From Felis catus (Eukaryota), in contig NC_058383.1 in assembly GCF_018350175.1 (NCBI RefSeq), forward strand, positions 28,708,001 to 28,772,000: a DNA stretch of 64,000 nucleotides. The letters run 5' to 3'. The position numbers and the translations under genes are program-made. Positions 12,646-27,187 of the stretch are shown in pieces (position 1 is the stretch's first letter; each line of letters starts with the position of its first letter). Below the pieces are notes generated by a model, which saw only the letters and a list, made by a program, of their open reading frames with translations, searched no databases and was not told the origin of the DNA.

Positions 12646-14217
12646 TCTCCCCAGCATTTTAACATTCCTGAAATTAGCATGCCTCTTCCCCCATCCCACA
12701 AATATATACCTTAACACAAATATCTAAGTACGATAATATTATCGGAGGACTTTTTTCGAGTGAAGAATTTTTTTTCTTTGTTCCTCAGCTGTCCACTGTC
12801 ACCTCCTCATCCTTCCCTCACATCAGCCCTGTCCCCAATCCCTTCGCCCAGGTGGCCTATGGCAGCAACTTACTCTCCATCCTCCCACGTTGTTCTCCTA
12901 CTAATAAGATCGCACGCACACACACGGGGATGCTACGTATTCTATGTGCTAGAGAGACAGAGATGGAAACAGAATTTTGTTTTCCCAAAATTAGATCCGC
13001 TCACAGACATCTTCCTGGATCGCGTTTTCCTCCCTCAACCTACCCCTGAAGACAACAATTCTTGTTCTACTTTTTGTCTTTTTGAAAGGCTCCAGCACAT
13101 TCCACACTGGATGAACAATAATTCATGCAACTGCCCTTCTAGTGATGGGCTTCGTTTTTGTGTCCAGTGTCATTTTTTTATTTTTTATTTTTTATTTTTA
13201 TTTTTTTTTGCACATATGTCTTTGTATGCTGGTGTTTTTATTTCTGTTGGATGGAGTCCCAGGAGTCTAGGACTAGACCGCTAGGTCAAAGCATAGGAGC
13301 CTTTTAAAGTTTAATATCCGGAAAGGCTGGAACACGCAACAGTTCTACCAGCAGCGTCTAAGACGGCTCTGTTCTCTGCATGAAATTAACGTGGCCATGT
13401 TTCTGTTGTTCCGGAAAGGCGTGAGGGACTATGAATAGTGTGCCCCCACCTCTGTGGATCCTAACAGTCAAGGAGACATGGCTTAAGTATAAAGTACCTA
13501 GCAAGCCTGCACCCATCGTGGCCTTGTCCGCGTACCTCCAGTTCACAGTAACCTTACCTACTCCTGCTATTTTGTATCCGATCCGAAATTCTTGCCTCTT
13601 TCCCTCAAAGCGGGAAAGCACGGCTAATCTAACTGCAGTATCAGGAACAAATGGTCTCAACCGAGAGACAGACAGGCAATTCAGACCAAGACTCCAGCTC
13701 ACTTGACTCTTTAGTCTGACGACTTCGAAGGTTTACAAAACACGATTAAATCATTTGCACCTCGGTCTTTGTGGATTAACAGCCACCTCGTTCGGCAACT
13801 ATTGATTGAATGAGAGGCTTCTCGGTGCTGGCCAATTTGGCAGATGCCAGGTGTTCGGCACCGAGCAGCAAATATGACACCCAGGGTTTCTGTGGTCGTT
13901 GTTCTCGGAGACAGAATCATCGCACTGCACTCGGATTTGCCCAGAAAATGTGGTTTGACCCTATTAGGAGTCGTCTTCTCAAGGGCTTTCAAAAATACGC
14001 ATATAGCAGAACAACTTAATTCATTTCTGGGCAACATTTAGCTCAGAGGGCATTGGGTCAGCACATTGAGCTGACTCCTGTTTCTGAAGGGCTTAAAGGA
14101 CATTATCTCTTGGTCCTTTGGTTTGGCATCACGGGTCACAGGGACTGCTCCCAGTAGACCCCCTTTTTTCAGCTTGGTTGCGGTATAATTGACCGATAAC
14201 ATTGTGAGATCTTTAAA

Positions 14218-14414
14218 TTTTGTTTTAGGCTTATTTATGTTTGAGAGAGACAGAGCGCGAACAGAGGAGGGGCAGAGAGAGAGACACAATCTGAAGCAGG
14301 CTCCACGCTGAGTTATCAGCGCCGAGCCCGACACAGGGCTCGAACCCACAAGCTGTGAGATCATGACCTGAGTTGACGTCGGATGCTCAACAGACTGAGC
14401 CACCCAGGCGCCCC
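14218..14414 (-). mobile_element. CanSINE
   Basis: TSD tgt(g/a)agatctttaaa. Confidence 0.92.
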
Positions 14415-14910
14415 TGTAAGATCTTTAAAGTATACATCGTGACGATTTGTTACAGGGATACCTTGTGGAAGGACTCCTACTACCTATAATTAACACATCC
14501 ATCGCCTCACTATTTATCTTGTGTGTATGTGTGAGAAAACGTTAGTTCTCCTCTCTTAGAAATGTTCAATGATAGGATACAGTATTATCAGCTGTAGTCA
14601 CCACATTTTACATCAGATCCTCAGAACTTGCTCATCTTATAACTCGCTAGTTTGTACCCTTTCTACTAACATCTATTTCTATCATCCTCCAGCCCCTGAG
14701 CAACCACGTCCCTGGTCTCATAGGAACGTTTCTATGAGCTTGACTTTTTATTCTTTTTCTTTTTTTTTTTTTTTTTAGATTCCACATATAAGTGATATCA
14801 TGCAACATCGTCTGATTTCTTTTACTTATCACCATGCCCTCAAGGACCATCATGTTGTCACAAATGGAAAATGGCAGGATTTCTTCCTTTCTCCTGGTTA
14901 AATAACATTG

Positions 14911-14911
<1 letters not shown>

Positions 14912-14986
<75 letters not shown>
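14912..14986. repeat. (CT)n(AT)n compound microsatellite
   Basis: Directly visible. Confidence 0.98.
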
Positions 14987-14989
<3 letters not shown>

Positions 14990-16329
14990 ATCTTCTTTAT
15001 CCATTCATCCATTGGTGGACCTGTAGGTTGTCTCCATATCTTGGCTATTGTGAATAATGCTGCAATGAACATGGCGGGGCTGATATCTACTCAACATCCT
15101 GTCTTCGTTCCCTTCGGGTCTATACCCAGAAGTGGGGTTGCTGGATCATATGGTAGCTGCATTTTTGCTAGTAGACCTTAAATTCCTTTTAGAGGCAGGG
15201 GCCGTACACATCTTACTCAAAGCGCTACCATATTCTCAAGAGCTTAGCACAATAATTGGCATACAAAGAGGCCAAAAGTACGTACTGAACGGATGAGGGA
15301 ATCAATGGATAGATGGACAAAGGGGTGAATGAAAGATCTCCCTCTTTGGGAATTTCAAATGAACAGAATAATTAGCGTCACACATTTTCCAGGTTGGATG
15401 TTATGGAATCTAGACATACTTCTTACCATTTGTAATGCAGTCATTCGTTGTTCATTCAAATACAAACGCCCCTAGAAACCCTGCTCTAGTGCAAACAGCC
15501 TGGACTGTTCGGTCCTTGTTCAGTCTCTCCTGGCTGAACCCTTCCCTGGGGTGAGTCCTTCGCCTGTTTACCCACACCCAAAGGAGCAGGACCGTTCCAG
15601 CTCTTGGCTGTTTCTTGTAAAGAGTAAATGAAAAAAAAAAAAACAGGAAAAATATAGATTAGAAAGTGCTGTACAAACATCAGGGGTCACTATTCTCCCC
15701 ATACCTACAATCCCCGGACCTCTTGAAGCCCTACTCCAAGTGAGAATGGGCAGGACTGATTACAATATATTTAATTCCTACGACCCCAGGCTAACCATAC
15801 TGCTGTTCCCTGCTTGTCACATGGCCTGCCCTTACAAGACCACGCCCCCCTCCTCGTCCCCCTCTGTAATCAACTGCTGCTGTCTCCTCCCTTCAGGATA
15901 TCTGCCTGGCCCCTTCCTCCGCACCCACTGCCACTGCTTTACATCCCAGCTCGTGTGACCTCATGATCACATGATTCCAGAACCCTCCTGGTTGGTCTTC
16001 TTACCCCCGCGGTCCTTGCCCTGCCATGGTACAACCACTGCCAGACAAGTCTTCCTAAACTGCTACTTTCTTTACCTCTATCCCTTGCCCTGCTTCAGAC
16101 ACCTGTCATGTTTCATCTGGCCACGTCTAGTGACCCTGCTCAACCAACCTCACACCTCATGACTCCTCTGACTCAGCCAAGGTCGCGCATGCCTCCAGCA
16201 GCCGCCACACGCTTTGTCGCCCCCATTCTTTTCCAAGGCTGGTCCACCCACTGTGACTTCCCTCTTTCTCCCCGGTTGTCTAAATATACCCAGTCATGGC
16301 TCACTTTATGTCCTGTTCTGTCAACACCA

Positions 16330-16520
16330 TCTCTCCATTTACCGTGTGCTCTGTGCCAAGGGTTTTCACATATTTTCTCTTTGGATCTTCTCCATTACCC
16401 TATGAGGCAGGTCCTGTTATGATCTCCATTAAATAGATGACAAGATTGAACTTCAGAGAGGTTAAGTAAGCAGCCCAGGGTCACACAGCTAAGGAGGCCT
16501 AAAGCCAGGACTCAAATGGA
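16330..16520 (-). mobile_element. MIR
   Basis: cccta tgaggcagg...agatgacaagattgaacttcagagaggttaagtaa...gtcacacagct (MIR core). Confidence 0.8.
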
Positions 16521-16904
16521 GGCAGCCTCCACTCCCAAACAGCACACTCCTCTGCCCCTAAAGTGTCCAGGTTTTTCCGGATCACCCAAAGGAGGCCTTT
16601 GTCTGGGAAAAGCTACACTTCTTCCTCACCACAGAAACGCTCTTCCTGCTGAATTTCCGGGAATGCATTCTGTAGTCACCACATTCGCTCCCCTTTCACC
16701 CTGAATGCCCTGGGAAGTAGTGAGATGTAGTCCTCGAGTGTCCAAGGGACAAGTTTGTAATGGAAAAGTAAATTAATCAGCCAGAGAACAGAATCAATAC
16801 TAAGAAACATGAAGACGTACTAGAAACACTAATGGACCTTATCTGCCTGAATTAATGGCAGCCCCAACCAATCCTAGGAGATACGGAAGGCAGTAGGACC
16901 GAGA

Positions 16905-17005
16905 CACCATGCTTGGGTTCAAGTTCCAGCTCTGACACCCATTAGCAGAGTGACACTGGGCGAGTCACTTAACCTCTCTGAGCCTCGGTTTCCTCATCTG
17001 TAAAA
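16905..17005 (+). mobile_element. MIR
   Basis: tgggttcaagttccagctctg...gggcgagtcacttaacctctctgagcctcggtttcctcatctgtaaaa. Confidence 0.85.
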
Positions 17006-17537
17006 AGCCAAAAATATCTCCATGTACCTCACATCCTGGGGTGTTTCATACAGCCAGCACCCAGGAAGTGCCCAGGGCATGGTATTTGTTACAATCATTC
17101 CCTTCTACTTCCCTTAGAAAAATTCTTTCTTTTCTCCTTTAATGGTCCCTGTATATAGAGGCATTGTAATTAAAAAATAATTTTTAGCAAGTCTGACTCT
17201 AATTCATTCAAACAAACTTATTCTAGGAGTCTGGTCCTTAGCCGCCCCATTTGGACCCTGTGGGAAAGTTTTGTCTCAATGGGGAGTTGAGCCTTCTACA
17301 TCGAGCCTTCTATGGACTTACCCCTGGGCTGCCGAGGGCACTCACTTCCTGCTCTGCTCTGGTCTCCCTCAGGCGTTCAGAGCCTAGCAAGCTTTACTAA
17401 TACAGTTCCTAGGTCACAGGTGCTGTCTCATGTCTGTGTCTCTTCACAGGGGCTGTTCCCTCGGCCTAGAATGCTGTTCCTCTGAATCAATGATGAGATA
17501 CTGTTCATCTTTTCAGGCTACTTCAAAACCCATTATT

Positions 17538-17750
17538 GGGGCACCTGGGTGGCTCAGTCGGTTGGGCGTCCGACTTCGGCTCAGGTCGTGATCTCACGGT
17601 TCGTGGGTTCGAGCCCCGCGTCAGGCTCTCTGCTGTCAATGCACAGCCCATTTTGGATCCTCTGTCTCCCTCTCTTTCTGCCCCTCCCCCGCTCTCTCGC
17701 TCTCGCAAAAATAAATAAACATTTTTTTTAATTTATAAAAAGAAAAAAAA
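17538..17750 (+). mobile_element. CanSINE
   Basis: Full SINE body and A tail. Confidence 0.92.
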
Positions 17751-18799
17751 AGAACTACTTTTACTCTGAGACCCCAGAACCATCCCTCAGTGCTACCACT
17801 TAAACTTAGTGTATGTTTTGTGCTGTTATATGAATATACCTGTATATTAAATATACCTCTTTTAATTTTGCTTTTTAAAACCAATTTAATAACACAATTT
17901 TTGTTGGGGCAAAACACATATAAAATATGCCATCTTAGCCATTTCAAAGCGTACAGATGAGCGGTATTAAGTACACTTCCATTTGTCAGAGGGGGAAGCT
18001 AAGGTCTAGGGAAGGTAGGCGACGTGTCGAAGATCACAAGGCAAGAAGTAGCAGAGGGAAGCCCGGAACACAGGCAGCCAGAGAGCTCTTTAAGGGTGGG
18101 GTCTGTATATGCCAACTAATTTGGATGTAAATTAAGAAAAATAAAATTAAAAAAAAAATAAGCGTGGGGTCTGGGTCTTTGTCCTCTCTGTACCTCTGAA
18201 GGTAGCACACAGTAGGGGCTCAAGCCTGCGAGGAAGTGACCAGTGAAGGAGTGAAGGCACCGCATGGTCAGCACCCCTGGGGGCTTTGGGAGTGCTGACC
18301 TGAGTGGCTAGTCCAAAGAGCCTCTGCCTGTGCTGGTCTCTAACCCGCAGGCTCATCCAGGTAGCAGATAATTCACATCAGTGAACCAGGCAGACCCTGA
18401 ACCCTAGGACGCAAGAAGCCAGGGGGAAAGAAAAAGGTGGGGGGAGGGAGGGTCCCAAGTTCATGGAACCTGCCCCTTGGGATTTCCACCTCCCTGCCTG
18501 GGGCCAGGAGCTCACCCGAAATGCCCTTCTCTCCTCTTGTCACCAACGGAAACCCTGCTTAGCCTTCAGGCCCAGGGCTAGCACCCCTTGCTGTCGCTCT
18601 GGGGTCCCCCAGGAAGAGCTGACCTCTTCTTCCTCTTGTTTCCCCGCTGTCCCTTCGGAGCGTTTGTTTCGTTTTACTGGCATTACAAATCATGCTGTTC
18701 CTTACATCTGTGTCTCCACACTCCCCAAATCTGTAAGCTTCTTAAGGGTGGGGGCATCTAATACCGTGCTAGGGATAACAGACACTGGCGAGGGCCATT

Positions 18800-19093
18800 T
18801 ACAGTCACGGAGGGCTCGAATCAGGCTCCAGCCCAGCCACGTACCAGCTTTGTGACCTTTGCCAAGTTTCTTAACCTCCCGAAGCCTTGATGTCCCCATC
18901 TGTAAAAGGGGAATAAGAATCCAGCTGACTGGGCGCCTGGATGGCTCAGTGGGTTAAGCCTCCGACTTCGGCTCAGGTCATGATCTCACGGTTTGTGGGT
19001 TCGAGCCCTGCGTTGGGCACTGTGCTGACAGCTCGGAGTCTAGAGCCTGCTTCGGATTGTATCTCCCGCTCTCTCTGCCCCTCCCCCACTCAC

Positions 19094-19141
<48 letters not shown>

Positions 19142-19250
19142 AAGTAAACACTTAAAAAAATTAAAAAAAAAAAGAATCCGGCTGACTTAATAGAGTTATT
19201 GCAAGAATCGAATAAGCCCAAATTGACAGCTAGAACTCATTAACTACTAT
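18800..19250 (+). mobile_element. MIR interrupted by a SINE
   Basis: tgtgacctttgccaagtttcttaacctc...cccatctgtaaaaggggaataa. Confidence 0.7.
18931..19171 (+). mobile_element. CanSINE with internal (GT)n
   Basis: TSD aagaatcc(a/g)gctgact; (GT)n at 19097-19133 replaces the CT tract. Confidence 0.92.
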
Positions 19251-19699
19251 TATTATTAATAAGTCTTTAATAACGAATCAGACCAAGAACAGGCACAAAT
19301 AGTTTTTCCCTCAGTTAACACCTAAGAAGGAAATGCAAAAATGAAACAATGGTATGAACAAACAAGAAACAAATAACTAGATTTGTTCTAAGCACACACT
19401 AGATACTAGGACGTTCCTAATCTCCCGCGTTCCTGGCAACAGTTCCCACGGCAAGTTACACAGTCCACTGCCCATCCAGCAAATCCCAGAGACTGTCGCA
19501 TCTCCTCAACCTTAACCGGGAGCGTGGCCCCCCGGAAGACATCCCAAGCTGCCCCTACCCCTTGTCATACCTTTCACACTCAAGGAAATTCCTACCACTG
19601 ATACATGGGATTGATTAGGAAAGACTCAGGACTACAGCAAAGGACAACTGCATTGACGCCCCTCACCTGCCCCCTGTCATCTTATTCTCCACCCAGGAG

Positions 19700-20235
19700 C
19701 TGATGTGACCATCGAAAATCAAAACCCAGCTCATGTTAGCTTCCTGCTTAACACTCTGCCCCAGTTCTCCTGCAATGGGAATAAAATCTGTACTTTTTTT
19801 TTTTTTTGTAACCACAATCTACAAGACACTAACTACCCAGTGTGGCTCCTCTCTGATCCATCTCCATTCTCTTCCCTGACGCTCTGAGTGCCAGCCTTCC
19901 TGGCCGTCTGTCTCTTCCTCTAGTCTGTCTCTTCCTCTAACGTAGGAAGGTCCTTTGCATTTGATCAATGACATTTACAAATATATCTCTTTCATAGAGA
20001 AGCATTTCTTGACCATGAGATGGAAAAATCCCTCCCCTATTAATTTGCGTGACACTTACCATTTGAACTACAATATTTGTTTGCCTAGGTATTATCTGAC
20101 TCCTTCACTTCCCTGAATAGAAGCTCCCTGTGGTCAGGAACCTTGTCTGTCTTGTTCGACGCTGTATCCATAGCCCCTAGAACACCTCCTGGCACTCACA
20201 AAACACTCAATACCTATTTATTGAATGAATAAATG
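19700..20235 (+). mobile_element. L2 3' fragment
   Basis: agaagctccctgtggtcaggaaccttgtctgtcttgttc...ctcaatacctatttattgaatgaat (L2 terminus). Confidence 0.75.
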
Positions 20236-21689
20236 GTTGGGGGGGGGGTAGGGAGCAGATTACAGTCATTTTTCACTTTTATATCTCAGATGAAGTTGAA
20301 TTTTTTATAAAGTGCACATACTATTCTGTAATTAGAAATAATGCCAGAACAAAATAAAATGGAGATAATGAAATTAGCATATTTAATCAGACAGATGAAA
20401 GGAACACAAAACCGTTCCCAAAAGTTGGTTATGTGGATTGCTGGCAATCCATATTATTTCAGTCGCCACACTGTTTATGAAACCAGAGACATTGGCCAGT
20501 GTAACGATCTGCTTGCTAGCCAGACTAGCAAGACTTTTATTAAACAATCGTCACCTCCTCTGGTGATTGACTTTCCCACTTTATTCCAATCCTCTACCCT
20601 CAGCACTTTTATTTCTACCTCTGTGCTTCTGGCAATGCTGTTACCTCTCAGGGCATTGCCTCCCATCCTGTGCCACCCTCCCCCCCAACCCCACATTTCC
20701 CCTGTCCAAAATCTCCATCACCCTTTATGGTACATTCAAATCTATCAAGAAATGGCTACAACCACAGCCGACTGTGCTTTTTAAAAAAGCTCCATGCTTT
20801 TTCAAAAGTCACCTTGTCTTTGTGTCTCCCTCAATTAATTACAGTTGGTGGAAAGCAATATTTTTATACATCTAACCACACTGAAATGTCACTATCCATT
20901 TTCCAACTGAGTAAAAAGAAAAAAAAAACACACAAAGAAAACAATACCTCACTGCTAATGGAAAAATGCTGTCTAAGGTGGATGGGAGCAATTGCTTGGA
21001 ATCCTTCTCAAAGGAAAAAACGCCAGGTGGTTTTCGAGGGTTCGAAAGTCATTCCCTCCTGCATTCCCATGAGGAGGAAGCTGGTAGATACACAACTGTC
21101 TGCAATTGACAAAGCAACGGACCCAAGAAAGAACTGACTGGTAAGCTTGGAATAAATTTCTCCAATGCTATCGGGCGCCATCCGCTCATGTCCTGTTATG
21201 ACGACCATTCAGCACTGACTGAGCGCTTACAGGGTGCCAGGCTCTGTGCTAAATGCATTATATACACTATCTCGTTTAATCCTCCCGACAGCCCCAAGTG
21301 GTCATTATAATTATTATCCTGTTGGGGGAGGTTATGGAGAGGACATGACCGCCATTTGACCCAAGAGCCGCCCCGGGAGCAAGTGGAGACTCCTCACCCC
21401 CCTCCCTTGTCCTTGAAATGTACAAGTATTCCCCCAGCCGGAGCCACTCCAAGGACACAGCTACGGAGACCATCTGGAAGTATACGTGACTGAACCCTGT
21501 TCTGGCCTCCATAAAAACTTTTAATATTTTGGCAAGCAGGTACAGAGGTCTACTCCTCTTGCAGCCACCGACACATTTTCTTGTTTATTACACCTGCCAC
21601 CTACCCATCAAGAACGGTCCCTTTCTTGTGTCTCCGTGTATGGGGGGCCAGTTTCAAATTTCACCCGGGGAAGCTCTCAAGATCTCGAA

Positions 21690-21830
21690 CCAACATATCC
21701 CCATTTTACAGACGAGGTAACTGACACACAGAGAGGTTCAACAATTTCCCAGCGTGTCAAAGCAACAAAGTGTTAGAGCTGGTTTGGAGCCATTAGGCTG
21801 ATTTCAAAACTCTCATTCTTCGCTACTAAA
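21690..21830 (-). mobile_element. MIR
   Basis: atccccattttacagacgaggtaactgacacacagagaggtt. Confidence 0.75.
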
Positions 21831-21868
21831 CTATACACATCTTCCACCTGAAAACAATAATTAAAATA

Positions 21869-22060
21869 GGGTGCCTGGGTAGCTCAGTCGGTTAAGCCTC
21901 CTACTCTTGATTTCGGGTCAGGTCATGATCTCCTGGTTCGTGAGACTGAGCCCCACATCGGGCTGTGGGCTGAGCGTGGAGCCTGCTTGGAACTCTCTCT
22001 CTCCCTCTCTCTGCCCCTCCCCTGCTCGTACTCTCTCTGTGTCTCAAAATAAATAAATAA
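21869..22060 (+). mobile_element. CanSINE
   Basis: Full SINE body. Confidence 0.9.
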
Positions 22061-22144
22061 ACATTATTAAACAAGTTAAAGATAGCAGTTAATACCACCT
22101 ACACTGAAAATGGCAGGTTCTGCAATCCTTTCTTCCTTTTTCCA

Positions 22145-22447
22145 ACGCAGGGCTTGAACTCATAACCCCAAGATGGAGAGTCGCATGCTCTACCAACTGA
22201 GCCAGCCAGGTGCCCCAAGCTCAGCTCCTTTTTATTTTTTAATGTTTATTTATTTTTGAGAGAGAGAGAGACAGAGTGCAAGCGGGGGAGGGGCTGAGAC
22301 AGAAAGAGGGAGACATAGAATCCAAAGCAGGCTCCAGGCTCTGAGCTGTCAGCACAGGGCCCAGTGCGGCGCTCGAACTCACAAACTGCAAGATCATGAC
22401 CTGAGTGGGAGTCGGACGCTTAACCGACTGAGCCACCCAAGTGTCCC
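22145..22447 (-). mobile_element. Short older SINE head (22145-22217) plus CanSINE (22229-22447)
   Basis: TSD aagct(c/t)agct(c/t)cttttta around the full copy. Confidence 0.9.
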
Positions 22448-23179
22448 AAGCTTAGCTTCTTTTTAATGGGCCCTTGTTTCCCCACCAGCATTTCATGCAT
22501 TACAACTTACGTTGGCTTGGCAATATTTATTCCACAGAATCAATAGCACTAATTTTCACACTTCATTAATAAATAAATGGAGGTCGCAGATGTTATAGTT
22601 ATGAATCCATAGATCCCAGGGAAGTTGAGAGGGAGTTAAAAAAAAAAAAAGCTACTTGGATCAAAAAAGGCCAGGGTACAGACAAGAGTTCAGAGATCAA
22701 AACTCTTTAAAGGTAACGATCCCAGATTTAAGAATCAAAATGGGGACCCTGGATCAGTGTCTTAAGAAGATTTCAAGTTTGGATAGGTAGGGCAGGAGGA
22801 AGCAGATTTGGGGATCCAGGGAAAAGGAGATGAGATACTGTGGTTTGTATGTGAATAGGAAGCAAAAGTCAGAGTCTTTGATGGTTTGGAACACAGGAGA
22901 TGAGAAAGCCTTTCTGCCCAGCTGTTAACAGTTTGCAGCCTAAGATTCAGAAGGATAAAAATTTCAGGAGCTAACATGCTATCAATTGGGGATTCAGTGC
23001 AATTTTCCTGTACATTTGAAAACTGTCCCAGTAAAACAGTGAGAAAATAAAAAGCTGTAAGAGAATTATTAGGCAACTGACTGACACGGCAGTTTGAGTT
23101 CAGAGTGCAGCTGTGTGGAGTTCCTTGCAAAGAATGAAAGCAGGAGCTTTCTACAGATGCAGTAATAAAATAATCGGAG

Positions 23180-23370
23180 GAACCAACATGTATTGAGCAC
23201 TTACCTTGAGCTCTACATACATCTTCTTGAGTATTCACAGTTCAGCTATAAAGTAGGTATTATTATCATCTCCATTGCAGAGAACAGAGGCAGAGTAAGG
23301 CTTAGTAAGGCTGCCTAAACTCACATAGCCAAGCAGGGGCAAAGCCAGCATTCAAACACAGGGCTTATTT
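23180..23370 (-). mobile_element. MIR
   Basis: tattgagcacttac...gtaggtattattatcatctccatt...ctcacatagc. Confidence 0.65.
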
Positions 23371-24015
23371 GAATACAGCTTCTACTCTGCAAGGACCCAG
23401 CATTCTTTCAAGGCCACTGAGAGCTCCAGAGACCAACAGGGTGGCCACATATTCGTAAAATCACCGTATATGTTCTGGGACTCTCTCAACAGATGTAGAA
23501 ATCTTCCCGAAACTGGGAAAGCAATAAACCCTCATGTGAAAAGCAGAAAGGGGCTCTGGGGTCTGACAAAGCTGGGTTCAGATCCTGGCTCTGAAGTCTA
23601 AATGTCACAGCACCTCGCAAGCCCCAGTTTTTCCGTCTATGGAAGGGAAGTTATAATAGTCACCTCAGGAGGCTGTTGGGGGATTGAATGAGACGGTGCC
23701 TTTAAAGTTCTTGCATGGCAATCTATCAATAAAAGGCAGCCATTGTGGGAATTATCCTGAGCTTGTAGGAGGCAGAGACCCTCAGCCTTGGTGTCATGCC
23801 AAAGCACCAAAGCCAAAGGGTTTTCAAAGCCCAAAACAGGAGGAAGGACCCAGATTTTAAAAGGAGCAAGAAAAGGAAAGAGGTTGGGACACTATGGGTT
23901 CCAGGTGCAGCAAGACATTTGACTGTGATTTCAATTTGAACCCTTGAGAACCGGAATACAGTTGAGCCATTCTAGGAAGATTTTCTGAATTTGTAATGAC
24001 AGGTATGGAGAAAGG

Positions 24016-24022
24016 GCGCGCG

Positions 24023-24071
<49 letters not shown>
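24016..24071. repeat. (GC)n(AC)n compound microsatellite
   Basis: Directly visible. Confidence 0.98.
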
Positions 24072-24073
<2 letters not shown>

Positions 24074-24549
24074 TCTTCTACCCGGTCAAAAAAAAAAAAA
24101 AAAAAAAAAAAAGCACATTCACAATACTTTGGTCCAACACAGCTGAGCATGGTTACCCAGAGCCAAAGCAGGAAGCTGAGGGTCCTTGAGAAGGGTGAGA
24201 AGCCCTTCCCTGCCCGGCAGGAGGCACCATGCTGGGCAAGCAAGGCAAGGGCAGGGGCACCGGGAAGAGCCCCGGGTTTGCAGGGAGGGCTGGTGACCCT
24301 GGAGCCCTTGCGGCTGCCTGTATACTTTGAACGCAGGAGTTTCAACCACTACGTCCTATTAATTAAAAACAAAACACCCTTCGCTTGTTTGTAGACGTTG
24401 TTGACACCAAAACACCGTGGGGAGACTCAGCAAATAATATCGGCCCGTTTCAGAAGCGCCTTCTAGGATTGTACCCACACCAAAGACTGAATGAGTCAAG
24501 GGGGAAAGGGGAAGGGTGTGCACAGGGTTAACCTTCCCCTAACCCTTTC

Positions 24550-25630
<1,081 letters not shown>

Positions 25631-26315
25631 TTGTGGGGAGTGTGCAGAATCCTGAGCGTGGACCTGAGCGCATTTTTGTGAGAATCTCTTGTGATTCGCT
25701 TCTGCATGGATAACTTGAATATGAAATGGAACAGTCTTGTTATGAGGGTGCCTGTGTGGACACGGTATGTGTTTCCATGAACTTGAGAGAGGCACGAACG
25801 TATTTTGGACACAGTTATAACAAAGCTGTTTGGAACAGGGGTCTTTACTTTCCAGAAACTCGGGGGGGGGGGTATCTTACTAGCAAAGCATGGCAGTATT
25901 AAAAGTACAAAGTAAAATGACCAGCTAGATTGATAAAAATTAATAACAGTTATTGAACGATGGCTAGGTGGTAAAGACTTCCTAACAACTGTGTGAAAAA
26001 AGATGCTATCTTGTTGGCCTTGTTTTACAGAGGATGAAACTGAGTTGCAAAAAGATTATTTGCCCCAAGTCCCACACTTACCAAGTAACCTGGTCAGCAA
26101 TTGAATCCAGACTCAGTTTCTTTATTATACTGGCTCCTTAGATTGATATGGGTTTTTTTTTGTTGTTGTTGTTTTTTGTTTTTTGTATGGTAGGAGTTGG
26201 AAAAGGCGCTATAGGATATAAGGTATTTGTTGTTTGGTGTTGCTTTTAAGATGTCATATGGGGCAACTTTTAGTATCCCCATGGTTTGTGGAAGTGTAGA
26301 ATGGCCCAGATGTTT

Positions 26316-26729
26316 TTTGTTTGTTTGTTTGTTTGTTTGTTTGTTTGTTTGGTTTGGTTTTTTTTGTTTGTTTGTTTTTTGGGGGTTTTTTTTGTTTTGT
26401 TTTTCAATATATGAAATTTATTGTCAAATTGGTCTCCATACAACACCCAGTGGTCATCCCAAAAGGTGCCCTCCTCAATACCCATCACCCACCCTCCCCT
26501 CCCTCCCACCCCCCATCAACCCTCAGTTTGTTCTCAGTTTTTAAGAGTCTCTTATGCTTTGGCTCTCTCCCACTCTAACCTCCTTTTTTTTTTTCCTTCC
26601 CCTCCCCCATGGGTTTCTGTTAAGTTTCTCAGGATCCACATAAGAGTGAAACCATATGGTATCTGTCTTTCTCTGTATGGCTTATTTCACTTAGCATCAC
26701 ACTCTCCAGTTCCATCCATGTTGCTACAA
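26316..26729 (-). mobile_element. Young 5'-truncated felid L1 3' end with patterned A-tail
   Basis: Near-identical to 11757-12080. Perfect 16-bp TSD aatggcccagatgttt at 26300-26315 and 26730-26745. Confidence 0.95.
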
Positions 26730-26974
26730 AATGGCCCAGATGTTTAAGAAAATGATTTGGCCACCTGTAGTAAGTGTCCTTAAAAAGTTACTATCAATAA
26801 CGAACTTCTAAATAGCCCATGAGAGAAAATGGAAATAACAATGAGAATCATGAAATATTTAGAGCTGAACAACCATGAGAGTACCACATATCAAAACTTG
26901 TAAGTTTTGATAGAAGTAATGTATAGCCCTAAAAACATGCATTAAAAAATGTAAGACTAAAAATAAGTGGGTTA

Positions 26975-27187
26975 GGGGTGCCTTGGGTGGTTCAGTTGGT
27001 TAAGTGTCTGACTCTTGGTTTCAGCTCAGGTCATGATCTCACAGTTCATGAGTTCGAGCCCCACGTTGGGCTCTGTGCTGACAGCAAGGAGCCTGCTTGG
27101 GATTTTCTCTCTCCCTCTCTCTCTGCCCCTCCCCTGCTTGCTCTCTCTCCCTCTCTCTAAATAAATAAACTTAAAATAAAATAAAAT
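26975..27187 (+). mobile_element. CanSINE
   Basis: TSD taagtgggttagg. Confidence 0.92.

Larger units (their letters stand above)
14165..15168 (-). mobile_element. Old L1 3' end interrupted by a SINE and microsatellite
   Basis: tagattccacatataagtgatatcatgca, tttatccattcatccattggtggac, ttgctggatcatatggtag. Confidence 0.85.

Noticed and set aside
20341..21137. Overlapping 147-aa and 155-aa ORFs antisense to BMERB1 intron 1
   Set aside because: No recognisable homology, and no processed-pseudogene hallmarks such as a poly(A) tail with TSD.
22145..22217. tRNA-like sequence
   Set aside because: It is the degenerate tRNA-derived head of a carnivore SINE, not an intact tRNA gene.
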